64,000 bases of DNA, taken from NCBI GenBank assembly GCA_038087875.1, contig CM075988.1, positions 23,686,001-23,750,000 on the forward strand. Reading direction: 5' to 3'. This document shows positions 51,082 through 63,204 of the stretch, one piece after another. Origin of the DNA: Malacoraja senta. Taxonomy: Eukaryota. The notes under the pieces are model-generated. The model was not told where the DNA came from, did not search any database, and worked only from the letters and a program-made list of their open reading frames with translations. Made by a program: the position numbers and the translations under genes. How positions within the stretch are numbered: position 1 is the first letter of the stretch; each line of letters begins with the position of its first letter.

Positions 51082-53710
51082 GTAAGTAATCTTCATCTTG
51101 TTTTATGGACCGTGATGAATGCTATTGATAACTAGTTGTGACAAAAATGTTCTGATTGCCTTTTAACTTAACTTTCAAAACCTTTAATTGTTTCAGTATA
51201 ACTGATTATTAAGCACGAGAAATGAAGACGATACACATTTGCAAAGTGCAACTATTAGATTTTGAAAGCAACAATTTATTTAAACTTTTTATTTCTATTC
51301 ACATTGATGGTTTTGGTATGTGATTAATGATTTAAGCTAATTTCTGAAGGGTGTATTGTTCATGGGTTTATTCCCCGTTCAGTTACTTAAATTGTTCATT
51401 GCTAAAGTTACGCATTAGGCTCACATTTGACCTCTCCAACTGATTGTAATAGTCTCGACCCGAAACATCGCCTATTTCCTTCGCCTCACCCGCTGAGTTT
51501 CTCCAGCATTTTTGTCTACCTGTAATATTATATTTAGTCCTTTACACCAACAGAACCATTTCATGGAATTTAAATGGGCAGATTGAGTTAAAATATTAGT
51601 CAGCACATTCTTACTGCATAATGGAACAAGTTTGAGGGTGAAAAGTCCCCAATTTCACCATTACTCTCATTTGTAAATATAATTTGCTTGCTAAACCACT
51701 TATGCAATATAATCCCATAAGTTCCCTCTAACAGGTAAAGAAACCATAGGCATAATTTTGGAAGATTTATTGTCAGTGGGTCCAAACCTGTGATCTCCAT
51801 TTACTTGGCTCACAGGAGCATAGGTACTCCACGTACAAATATATTGTTGGGTGTATTCAGGTATTATACTGTATAATATGAACCAATCTCACACATTGCA
51901 AGTTTGTGCTGCTAGATGTGTGATAACAAATCTGTGTATTATTACCAAAAATGGCATTTATGCTTAGTTTATTGTCACGTGTACCGAGGTAGAGTTTCCT
52001 GCGTGCTTACCAGTCAGTGGAAAGCCAATGTATGATTACAATCGAGCCATTTACAGTGTAAAAATACATGATAAGGGAATACCGGTTAGTGCAAGGTAAA
52101 GCCTTTTAGTATGGACAAATCTTGCATTGTTTCATAGGTATAAGCTTATGATCTTATATCAACTCTGAAATCAAGACTGCCCATTCCATCTTTGTAACGT
52201 CTACCTAGTCTGACCATGTCTGGGCTTATGTACTGCTAGAACCCTCATCAATACATATGTTTTTTACAGACTTTGTTATTTGAACACATGTCTGGCTGGC
52301 CTCGCATCTTTCACACTACATGTACTTCAGCCTATTCCAAATGCTACTGGTTATATCCCAACGGACCTGCATTGGCTCCAAGTTTGGAAAAACCTGATTT
52401 TAAATATATATTATTTTAGTATTTACCATCAAGAAAGAGTATGTCAGACATACTGACACAACATTAAATCAAGATGAAGGATGACAAATCTGCAGTACCA
52501 AAAATAACCAAGATCAATGAAAGGAATTGACTAAAGATAGACACAAACATCTGGAGTAACTCAGCAGGACAGGCAGCATCACTGGAGAGAAGGAATGAGT
52601 AACGTTTCAGGTTGAGACCCTTCTTCAGACTGGAAGTCATGGGAAAGGGAACGAGAGATATAGGCAATGACTGAAAGATATGCAAAAAAGTAACGATGAA
52701 GAAGGAAACAGGCCATTGTTAGCTGATTGTTGGGTGAAAACGAGAAGCTGGTGCGACTTGGGTGGGGAAAGGTTCTCGACCCGAGACGTCACCCATTCCT
52801 TCTCTCCAAAGATGCTGCTTGTCCCGCTGAGTTAATCATTACATAATTTAGCAATCAATGTAGTCTTTTCTATCAGGAAAGTGATATTTATTAAATTAAT
52901 TAGACTCTGAGGATGTGGTTAGAAGGATGGATATATATACAAGAAGCAGCGATGTATCATATTTGAATTTACAAATTGATTTCAATATGGTGCCTGTAGT
53001 TTAGTTTTAGTCTTAGAGACACAGCGCCGAAACAGGCCCTTTGGCCAACCGAGTCGGCGATCCCCGCACACTAACACTACCCTACACACACTAGGGACAA
53101 TTTACATTTATACCAAGCAAATCCCTCTGTGCTGCATTGCCCTAAGTCCTGTATCGTCTCCTTCAACATTTCTGTCTAATGTTCACAATGTCCTTCCTCA
53201 ACCGCTCCCAATGGAAAACTTTTAAGGAATGAATTTGAGAATTTGCAAAGATATATTTTCTTGTGATGACTAAATTTCACATATTGAGATTCAGATGGAG
53301 TTTATATTCTAAACACATATGCCGATCTAAAAGCCACATAAATGCTTTAATTGTTTCTGCTTCAGTCACCATCCATGGTGACCACCACTCTCTGTGTATA
53401 AAAACATGCCCTGTATATCTCCTTTACACTTTCTTCCTTTCATCTTAAAGCTATGCCCACTAGTATTTGATATTTCCATCCTGAGAAAAGATTCTGATCA
53501 TCTATCCTATCTGAGCCTCTCATAATTTTATAAACTTCTATTAGGTCAACCCTCAGCCCCAACGCTCCACAGAAACAATCCAACTTTCCACAACCTCTCC
53601 TTGCTGTCCCCTCCCCTTCATCAGCCCTCTGGTTGTCTCCTCCCCTCCCCCAGCCCTCAGGCTCCTCCTCCGCCTTTTTCCTTTTTTCCTTTCTTCTCCC
53701 CACCCCCTAT

Positions 53711-53746
53711 CAGTCTGAAGAAGGGTTTCGGCCCGAAACGTTGCCT
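53711..53746 (+). ncRNA. Minimal type-I hammerhead ribozyme motif in a Penelope-derived repeat
   Basis: CUGAAGA-A-GGGU(UUCG)GCCC-GAAAC-GUU. Confidence 0.65.
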
Positions 53747-54075
53747 ATTTCCTTCGCTCCATAGATGCTGCTGCACCCGCTGAGTTTCTCCAGCATTTTT
53801 GTGTACCTTCTCCTGATAGCTAATATCCTCTAATATCCTCTAATCCAAGCAGTGTCCCCATAAACATCATCTGCACCCTCTCCTCATCCTTCTAGTAATG
53901 GGGTGGCCAGAACTCCACACAATACTCCAGATGTGGCCCTAATGAAAGTTTTATAAAGCTGCAACAAGACATCCTGTCTTTCATACTCAGTGCCTCGATC
54001 AGTGAATGCAAGTGCACCATGTGCATTCTCTACCACTCTTCTTCTTGTGTTGCTGCTTTCAGGGGGTTGTGGAGT

Positions 54076-54577
54076 TGATATTGAGGGAGTGCAGCGTAGG
54101 TTTACAAGGTTAATTCCCGGGATGGCGGGACTGTCATATACTGAGAGAATGGAGCGGTTGGGCTTGTATACTCTGGAATTTAGAAGGATGAGAGGGAATC
54201 TCATTGAAACATATAAGATTATTAAGGGTTTGGATACGCTATAGGCAGGAAACAAGTTCCCGATGTTGGGGGAGTCCAGAACCAGGGGCCACAGTTTAAG
54301 AATAAGGGGTAAGCCATTTAGAACGGAGATGAGGAAACACTTTTTCACACAGAGACTTGTGAGTCTGTGGAATTCTCTGCCTCAGAAGGCGGTGGAGGCC
54401 GGTTGTCTGGATACTTTCAAGAAAGAGCTGGATAGGCTCTTAAAGATAGTGGAGTCAGGGGATATGTGGAGAAGGCAGGAACGAGGTGCTGATTGTGGAT
54501 GATCAGTCATGATTACATTGAATGGCGGTGCTGGCTCGAAGGGCCAAATGGCCTACACCTACACCTATTGTCTATTG
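54076..54577 (+). mobile_element. Young CR1 3' fragment nested in the older CR1
   Basis: IEGVQRRFTRLIPGMAGLSY...; (CTATTGT)n tail. Confidence 0.9.
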
Positions 54578-55718
54578 ACTTGGACCCCAAGGTAACTCTG
54601 TACATCAATGCCATTCATAGTCTTGCCATTAACTTTAACTTTACTTGACATTTGATCTCCCAAAGTGCACCAATTCACTCTTTCCCAGATAAAACACCAT
54701 CTGCTATTTCTCCACCCATATCTGTAACTGACCTTTATCATGCAGTATTCTATGACAGCCTTCTTACTGCCCGTAATTCTACCAACGTTTGCGTGCAAAC
54801 TGACTAACTAACCCATCTACAATTTCGCCCAAGTCTTTTATATATATATCAGAAACAACATAGGTCTCATCACTGATCCCTGCAGACCACCACTGGTCAC
54901 AGGCCACCAGCCAGAAAGACACCCTTCCAGCACTACTCTCTGTCTTGCATGGGTAATCCATTTCTGAATCCAAAGTACCAAGTTACAATGGAGCCAATGC
55001 ATTTTAATCTTTTGTACAAGCCTACAATGAGGGATCTTATCAAATGGCTAATTCAAGTCTATGTTGGCAACATCCACCCGTGTCCTCATCACCTCCTCAA
55101 AAAGCTCAGTCACATTTGTGAGGCATGACTTTTGGTGATGAGAAGACTACTATCCAGATGAGTACACCAATCGAGACACAAAGTGCTAGAGTAACTCTGC
55201 ATATCAGGCAGCATCTCTGGAGAAAATGAATAGGTGACGTTTCGGGTCGGAACCCTTCTTCAGACTAAGTACACCAAATATTGGTCTGTGGGAGCCTTGA
55301 CTTTACGACTTTACTCACACCCAACCTCCACCCAGTTGCAGGTTTGAACAGGATTCAATTATTATATTTGGAATTGTGGCTGAGTTTCTCCATCCTAACT
55401 GCAAGGTTCATAAGAGCCATTTATTCTGTTCTCTCCCCAGAACAGGACTTCATAGAGCGACAGGTCTAAACTGGGACCTGGAATACGCACATATAACTTG
55501 GAACTATCTGACAGATCAGGCAGCATCTATGAAGGGAGAAAGAGAATGAACATTTCAGGTTGACAACCTCATCAGAATTTCCCTTCAAATAATCTTATTG
55601 GGGGGAACAAGGGAGTGAGGCATTTATTTATGTGATGTTTTATTTGACATTCAGATCCGTAAGATAAATATTAAAGACCCATTCTGATGTTCATTATTTG
55701 TGTCTTTACTCCTTTCAG

Positions 55719-56777
55719 TCCTGGAACTACTCCTATGGGAATGACGAGGTCACTGAGTCTCCTGAAGCAACTTACTGTCCAGAACTTGAGGAAACGCCGC
55801 ACTATTTCCGAAAGATTATTGTGCCAATAGGTTATTTCCTGGTCTTCCTGCTGGGGACCATTGGAAACAGTCTGGTATTGGCGATTTTGTTACGTTACAA
55901 GGGTCCAAGGTCTCCAACCGACAGCTACTTGCTTCATCTGGCCGTGGCTGACCTCCTCCTGGTCTTGGTCCTCCCGTTCTTTGCCCTCGAGAGTATTTTT
56001 GAGTGGTTCTTTGGTATTTTCCTTTGCAAACTTCTAGGTTCCATCCACAAACTCAACTTCTTCTGCAACAGCCTGCTGCTGGCGTGCATCAGCGTTGACC
56101 GCTACTTGGCGATCGTCTACGCAGTTCAGACCCATAAAAGGCACAGTGCCAGGTATGCCCACCTGGTTTGTTCAGCTATTTGGGTGACAGGTTTCCTGCT
56201 ACAGATTCCGAATTTAATATTCTTGCAAGTTGAGGTTAATGATTATGACAATGAAACCAAATGCATTTATACATCAGCTATGGCCCACGACTGGCTGCTT
56301 TTTGAACAGTTTCTCTACCACGGAATTGGCTTTGCCTTACCTCTCGCAGTGATGTGCTACTGTTATGCAATGGTAATCAAAACATTATACAAGACCCAGA
56401 CCTTTGGGAGGCACAAAGCCATTAAAGTTGTGCTCACAGTCACCGTGATGTTTTGCATTTGTTGGGCCCCCTACAATGTGGCAAAGTTCATAAAGACATT
56501 GTGCAAACTGCAGGTGATTACAGCAGACTGCGATTTCTACAGAAAGCTCACATTTACCATTGTGGTGTCAGAGAGCACTGGATTCATCCACAGCTGCCTG
56601 AATCCAGTTCTTTATGTGTTTATTGGGGTGAAGTTCAGAAACAGCATCCTGAAACTCTTCAGAGATCTGTGCTGCATCAGTCAGACAACCTTCGACAACT
56701 TCCTTCACCAGAAAATTGGCGAAAGGAATAGGAGCAGTTCTGTCTTTGACAATACCACATCATGGTCCAATCTTTAA
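55719..56777 (+). CDS. CXCR5: C-X-C chemokine receptor 5, main exon (7TM GPCR)
   Basis: Acceptor cctttcag| at 55718. GN, LAVADLL, HKLNFFCNSLLLACISVDRYLAIV, CWAPY and NPVLY motifs; lacks TxP, like CXCR5; sits next to DDX6. Confidence 0.92.
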   Translation, partial: SWNYSYGNDEVTESPEATYCPELEETPHYFRKIIVPIGYFLVFLLGTIGNSLVLAILLRYKGPRSPTDSYLLHLAVADLLLVLVLPFFALESIFEWFFGIFLCKLLGSIHKLNFFCNSLLLACISVDRYLAIVYAVQTHKRHSARYAHLVCSAIWVTGFLLQIPNLIFLQVEVNDYDNETKCIYTSAMAHDWLLFEQFLYHGIGFALPLAVMCYCYAMVIKTLYKTQTFGRHKAIKVVLTVTVMFCICWAPYNVAKFIKTLCKLQVITADCDFYRKLTFTIVVSESTGFIHSCLNPVLYVFIGVKFRNSILKLFRDLCCISQTTFDNFLHQKIGERNRSSSVFDNTTSWSNL

Positions 56778-57696
56778 AACAGCCCAACAAGCACAAAATG
56801 CTGATCAAGATGCCCCATTCAAGCTAGCCCCATTTGCCCACATATCCCCCAACCCTTCTTCTCCATGTACCTGGCCCAATGTCTTTCCAATGTCGTTGTC
56901 GTATCTGCCCCAACTACTTCCCCTGGCAGCTCATTCTTTCTGCCCACCAGCCCCTTGGGCTCGAGAATGACTTGCTTGCTTCCACTCGAAGGATGTCAGT
57001 TCTGGGATGACTAATGAGGCCAATGTGGGAATTGCAGAATCTTCTGCATATTGGAAAGGGTTGCTGTCATTAAGTACCATTAATCTGCCCAGTACCTGTT
57101 TGTTTATGATAGACAAATGTTCCTGCCTTCAGTTGGATTCCAACTGTCCACTGCGCAGTCAGACAAGGGGCTGAGTTACCTTGAGTTATGAAGTAAATTG
57201 GGTCATTAAATAAAGCATCATGACCGCTTGTAAATATGCCACAGTTTTGGGTGAAAACGATCTCATAAAATGATTACATTGAACAGTGGAAATCTTTGAA
57301 AAGCACCTAGAATTTTACAGATGCATGGAAATACAAAATAGTTAATATCATCAACATCACCAAAAATGGAAGAAACGTCAATAAAACTTTTGCAAACAGC
57401 CTCAAGGCAGGAAATTGGTTCCAGTGTCTACAATGATGTTTGTGAAAATCTCTTGATGAGTATGCAGAATCCTTATGCGGACAGAACATTAACTTGGAAC
57501 AGGAATTGCTATTTGGCCTTGAAGTCACCTGTGTCTGTCATATACACATCACACCATGAAGGAGTGTGTAATTCTGCCTGTCTGGAATGTAATGCTGGCA
57601 CTGCCAGTGAGGGTGCGATGATTGTAAGCTGATGGCAAGAATTTGCGTAGATAGATAGACTATAAGAAACTGCTTAAAGCTTTGCGATTTAATCTC

Positions 57697-57702
57697 AATA
57701 AA
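57697..57702 (+). promoter_or_regulatory. Candidate CXCR5 polyadenylation signal
   Basis: AATAAA ~920 nt after the stop, followed by a T/G-rich tract. Confidence 0.5.
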
Positions 57703-58603
57703 AGTACACTTGCATTGTTGATGCATTTTGTTATTCAGTGATAAAGGACATATCCTACACTGTTCAGAGTCTTGAATTCTTTGTGTACATTTGGTCCTCC
57801 AACCTCGCCACTGTGTTGCTGGTACATTGGGGACCACAGGTTCTTCTGTTTGAAATTTCTGCTGTACATTATTTACAAACTTGCACTGATATGGCAACTT
57901 TAACAAACTCAGAATAACTTGCACATCACTCTGTAAAAACCTATAGTGGACATAAAGTATTCCTGTTGAGTTAAAAGATCAATCCACACTTAAATATTCT
58001 CTTCAAGAGAACCACTCCTTCTCAGAGGCCACAGCATTATAGCAGTCCGAGTAGTAACTCCGCAGTAATTATAGCCTGGCATTGCATGAGGACACCAAGT
58101 GGAACACCCATGAAGACGTCAGTCTGAAGAAGGGTCCGATCCGAAATGTCCCCTATTCCTTTTCTCCAGAGATGTTGCCTGACCCGCTGGGTTACTCCAG
58201 CATTTTGTGTTTATCACTGGAGAAGAGTTGATAGACATATTTGTTTAAAATAGTCTACAGTGCCCTTGAGGGGAGGGGGGAGGGGGGAGGGGGGAGGGGG
58301 GGGGGGTGCTATAGGCTTGAAAACAGTGCGTAAGTTGAACATATGCCAGGCACCTAATGCAACTGAACTAGCTGCCATTTGAAATAAATGAGGGTAAATC
58401 AGATTATCAAGTTCTCCCTTCCATCTATACAATGCTTTACCTGAAATGCATGATGCTAACCGGAGAAGTATGAAACAGAGAAAATTAACTGTTTATGCTC
58501 TGTAAGTGGAAAAATATATCACAGAAACATCTAAACATATAACGCAATAGCTACAGGCACGCATTTGCACTTTCTTTCCGATAAGCAAAACGGAACTTAC
58601 TTA

Positions 58604-58953
58604 TAGCCCTGTCCCACGGTGCGAGTTTATTCCAAGAGCTCTCCCGAGTTTTAAAAAAATCTAACTCGTGGAGAATGAACGTAGCGGGTACGTCGGAGCT
58701 CGGGGACGTCTCTTAGCGGCTCGTAACGCTAACGGCAGGTACTCGGGAAGACTCGCTAACGGCAGGTAAGCACGGGAAGACTCGCTAACGGCAAGTAAGC
58801 ATGGGAAGACTCGTGAAGATTTTTCAACATGTTGAAAAATGTCCACGAGAGCCCCGAGTACCGACGAGCGGCCATTACCGTAAATCTCCGAGTTCGAATC
58901 AGGGCAAACTCGGGAGAACTCTTGGAATGAACTCGTACCGTGGGACAGGGGTT
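58604..58953. mobile_element. PIF/Harbinger-type MITE, copy A
   Basis: ~45 bp TIRs (tagccctgtcccacggt.. / ..accgtgggacaggggtt); flanks TTA and TGA. Confidence 0.8.
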
Positions 58954-59196
58954 TGACAAGATATCTTTGAAAGCTGATGTGTAAGTTTACCAGGCATAAA
59001 TAGCAGTAATTAGACTAGTAAATTAGACTAGTAAATCAAACATGTGTAAAACACAAGGTGCTGTGTTTTTGGATACTACATTGGGGAAAGGGGAAGTATA
59101 ATGAGACATGGATGCCCTTGTAGACGCCGTCGCTGAAAGCAATTATTCAGGTGAAGCAAACGGTTGGAAGAAGATAGACACAAAATGCTGGAGTAA

Positions 59197-59516
59197 AACC
59201 CCTGTCCCACGGTACGAGTTCATTCCAAGAGCTCTCCCGAGTTTGCCCTGCTTCGAACTCGGAGATTTACGGTAATGGCCGCTCGTCGGTACTCGGGGCT
59301 CTCGTGGACATTTTTCATCATGTTGAAAAATCTTCACGAGTCTTCCCGTGCTTACCTGCCGTTAGCGAGTCTTCCCGAGTACCTGCCGTTAGCGCTAAGA
59401 GACGTCCCCGAGCTCCGACGTACCCGCTACGTTCATTCTCCGTGCTTACCACGAATTTGATTTTTTTTTAACTCGGGAGAGCTCTTGGAATGAACTCGCA
59501 CTGTGGGACAGGGCTA
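59197..59516. mobile_element. PIF/Harbinger-type MITE, copy B (inverted relative to A)
   Basis: Exact TAA TSD, shown by the split host repeat gagTAA|element|TAActcagc. Confidence 0.85.
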
Positions 59517-59599
59517 TAACTCAGCGGGTCAGATAGCAGCTCGGGAGAAAAGGAATAGGTGACGTTTCGGGTCAAGACCCGACTTGGAAGAAGGTGATG

Positions 59600-60180
59600 T
59601 GTTGGCCTTCAGTACAGGAGGATCAGAGTATGGGAGCAAGGAGGTGCAGTTGCAGTAACTTGCACAGGACCTTGGTGAGACTATACCTGCAGTTTTGCGG
59701 GCAGTTTAGATGACTTATCTGAGGAACAATGTTCCTCCCATAGAGTGAACGCAATGAAGGTTTACGACACTGATCCCCGAGATGGCAGAATGGATGGATG
59801 AGAGGAAATTGGGTTAGGTTGGCCTATGTTCACTGAGTAAAAGAATGAGGGAGGATCTCATTGCCACCCAATAAACAGCCAAGGGGACTGGACTAGCTGC
59901 AGAAGCATTGTACCCCAAGGCCGGAGAGCATTGAACCAGGGATCAAAGCCTCAAGGTGTGTGCGATGCCCTTTTGATTTGAAGCCAGAAATTTATTTCTC
60001 CAGAGGATGGTGAATGATTCTCCAAGCAGCAGAGTGGAGGCCAAGCTGTTAAATGTACTCAGAGAGCTGGATATATATCTTAATGCAATGGGATGAAGGG
60101 ATAGAGGGAGAAATGGAAAAGGCCACTAATGAGAATGAATCACGTTGAATGGGGAAGGGCTTATACCTGCTCCAAAGTCC
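59600..60180 (+). mobile_element. Highly degenerate CR1 fragment
   Basis: Residual CR1 ORF2-like sequence. Confidence 0.6.
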
Positions 60181-60383
60181 AGATTTTCCATTTTTTTGGG
60201 GGTTTGCGTTCAGGATTTTCACTGTACCTCGCTACACGGACAAGAAATTAAATGGAACAAAAGGATAGTGGATGACACAAAGAATGTGGATGAAAGGTTA
60301 ACGGGTCTCCTGAAAGGAACAGCTCCTGGAAGTTTGTTTTGAGGCAATTAATCTTTGCAATTATCTAAGAAGGGATGATGTCT

Positions 60384-60705
60384 TTTAGTTTAGAGATAAA
60401 GCGTGGAAACAGGCCCTTCGGCCCACTGAGTCTGCACTGACCAACATTCACCACGTACACTAACACTATCCAAACACACCAGGGACAATTTACAACCTTT
60501 ACAGAAGCCATTTAACCTACAAATCAGTACGTCTGGAGTGTGGGAGGAAACCGGAGCACCCGGAGAAAACCCACGCGGTCACGTACAAACGCAGGTCTTG
60601 GTGAGAACGTACAAATTCCATACAGACAGCATCTGTAGTCAGGACCGAACCCGGGTCTCTGGCGCTGTTGGGCAGCAAACCTACCGCTGCGCCACCGTGC
60701 TGCCC
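60384..60705 (-). mobile_element. HE1-like V-SINE
   Basis: On minus: gggcagcacggtggcgcagcggtagg..., B box gggttcggtcc, V-domain, tail (taaac)n. Confidence 0.8.
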
Positions 60706-61129
60706 TTGCTTTTGGAAGCAGACAGTGACCAGAAGGAATGTGCTGGGTAGAAGCAGCCTTCTACCCAGTATAAATAGCCCCCCTGAAGGACATGGGAAAC
60801 AATCAAGTATTGATTCATTTATTCAAAGGAATGTCTTCTTATGGTCAGATATTGATCGGATGCAAGTGTGTCCGAGGCACTTGATGGTCACAAAGGAAAA
60901 GTGATATCAGAAGCAGCAGATCATACACCTTTTTGCTTTGGATTACAAACCTCTATACATGGGCCTCCACAATGCATTAAAAAAAATGCCATGCTTTGTT
61001 CGGTGGGAAAGTGCTGATCGCAACACAGCTGGAGAGATTGTACGTGACCAGGCTTCTCTCTCTCTCTCTCTCTCTCTCTCCCGCGGAAGGGAGATCAATG
61101 GAATAAAAAATAATTTGTTTGACTCAAGA

Positions 61130-61460
61130 ACTGAATGGGAGAGTGGGAGAGTCTAGGACTCGTGGTCACAGTCTCAGAATTTAAGGACGTTCCTTTAGGA
61201 AGGAGATGAGAAGGAATTTCTTTAGTCAGAGGGTGGTGGATCTGTGGAATTCTTTGCCACAGATGGCTGCGGAGGCCAAGTCAATGGATATTTTGAAAGC
61301 AGAGATAGATTCTTTATTAGTACGGGTGTCAGGGGTTATGGGGAGATGGCAGGAGAATGAGGTTAGGAGGGAGAGATAGATCAGCCATGATTGAATGGCG
61401 GAGTCGACTTGATGGGCAAAATGGCCTAATTCTGCTCCTATTACTTATGACCTTATGAAC
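61130..61460 (+). mobile_element. CR1 3' fragment
   Basis: Similar to 39309-40266. Confidence 0.85.
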
Positions 61461-62031
61461 TTAATTTTGTGATAGTCTATTTTGCTCCATAACGCTGCAC
61501 ATGATACCTCGAAGAGCACCCATTGTTGTGTTGTTAATAAAAAGAGAGGACAAAATCAAATCAACAATGTTGGTACTACTCGGCAGTTCAGGCAACACAA
61601 GAGGAGAGGAACGGAATTAATGTCTTCAAGTGAAATTGTATCGGAATTGAGTTTTAAAAATAACAATATTTTTGCATTAAGCACTTTGATTACAACTTGG
61701 ATTTTTAAGCAGGAAATGAGAGCTGCCGAATGTTAAGGATGTTTTTCATGTCACGGGTACTCGGCAGAGAGCTCAGGGCCACCACACGGAGGATGCACCT
61801 GCAAGCTGTTGATGAGCCACATTTGTGAAAACAAAAGATCAAGGAAAACACCTATGAAAAATAAATAAGTTTGCACAAGAAACCTAAATGTCATATTTCG
61901 CTTGAGCAGCTTCCAACCCAGCAGTATGATTTTGATTTCTCTAACTTTAATACCCTTGCTTTCCCTCGCTCTCCATCCCTCCCGCACCCTTCAGTGTTGT
62001 CTATTGTCATGTGGACCGAGGTACAGTGAAA

Positions 62032-62580
62032 ATAGACAATAGACAATAGGTGCAGGAGTAGGCCATTTGGTCCTTCGAGCCAGCACCGCCATTCAATGTG
62101 ATCATGGCTGATCATCCCCAATCAGTACCCCGTTCCTGCCTTCTCCCCATATCCCCTGACTCCGCCATCTTTAAGAGCCCTATCTAGCTCTCTCTTGAAA
62201 GCATCCAGAGAACCTGCCTCCTCCGCCCTCTGAGGCAGAGAATTCCACAGACTCACCACTCTCTGTGAGAAAAAGTGTTTCCTCGTCTCCGTTCTAAATG
62301 GCTTACTCCTTATTCTTAAACTGTGGCCCCTGGTTCTGGACTCCCCCAACATCGGGAACACGTTTCCTGCCTCTAGCGTGTCCAAACCCTTAACAATCTT
62401 ATATGTTTCAAAGAGACACCCTCTCATCCTTCTAAACTCCAGAGTGTACAAGCCCAGCTGCTCCATTCTCTCAGCATATGACAGTCCCGCCATCCCGGGA
62501 ATTAACCTTGTAAACCTACGCTGCACTCCCTCAATAGCAAGAATGTCCTTCCTCAAATTAGGGGACCAAAACTGCACACA
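62032..62580 (-). mobile_element. Young CR1 3' fragment
   Basis: Open 151 aa ORF 62122-62577; (CTATTGT)n tail. Confidence 0.92.
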
Positions 62581-62755
62581 AAAGCTCTTGTTGCGCCCTC
62601 AGAACAAGCATCCTTTGTGTGCCTCTTGTCACCTCCCCCCCCCCCCCCCAGCCAACAATGAACCATTCTACATTGCCTTGATCATCGTCTACTTTGATCT
62701 GTCGTTTTTACACCTTACCCATCCATATCTCTAGTTTCCCTCTCCCCTGACTCTC

Positions 62756-62790
62756 GGTCTGAAGAAGGGTCTCCACCCGAAACGTCACCC
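62756..62790 (+). ncRNA. Minimal type-I hammerhead ribozyme motif in a Penelope-derived repeat
   Basis: GGU-CUGAAGA-A-GGGU(CUCC)ACCC-GAAAC-GUC-ACC. Confidence 0.65.
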
Positions 62791-63204
62791 GTTCCTTCTC
62801 TCCACAGACGCTGCCCGACCCGATGAGTTACTCAAGCATTTTGTGTCTATCTTTGTCAAAAAGAATAACGTCATTGCACATTTTATTTAAGACCTTGGCT
62901 TCCTTAAAAACTCCACAGATATTTTTTTGTTTCTTCTCTTTTTTCTCTTTCTTTCTTTATTTCATCTATATCTTTTTAGTTCTATTTAGTTTAAAAAAAA
63001 AAAAAAAAGTATTGGAGACATTGTAATAATAATGGACGATATTAGTAATTTAAAAATGTAAGACTGGTATCGATTTTAATATGATATGTATCTACCTCCA
63101 ATAAAAAATAATTTTCAAAAAAATAAAACAACAAAAAAAAAACTCCACAGATATTTTTAAACATTCAGAAGAGCAGAGGGAGGCTATTCTGCCCCTCAAG
63201 CCTG

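Larger units (their letters stand above)
53330..55135 (-). mobile_element. Old CR1 LINE in the CXCR5 intron, with nested insertions
   Basis: RVDLIEVYKIMRG and LQLYKT..R..L motifs on minus. Confidence 0.75.

Noticed and set aside
55698..55718. ORF-track N-terminus MCLYSFQ of the GPCR
   Set aside because: Starts at TTG and is the polypyrimidine tract and acceptor of the intron.
58725..58815. ~29 bp repeats resembling a CRISPR array
   Set aside because: No unique spacers; internal tandem repeat of a MITE in eukaryotic DNA.
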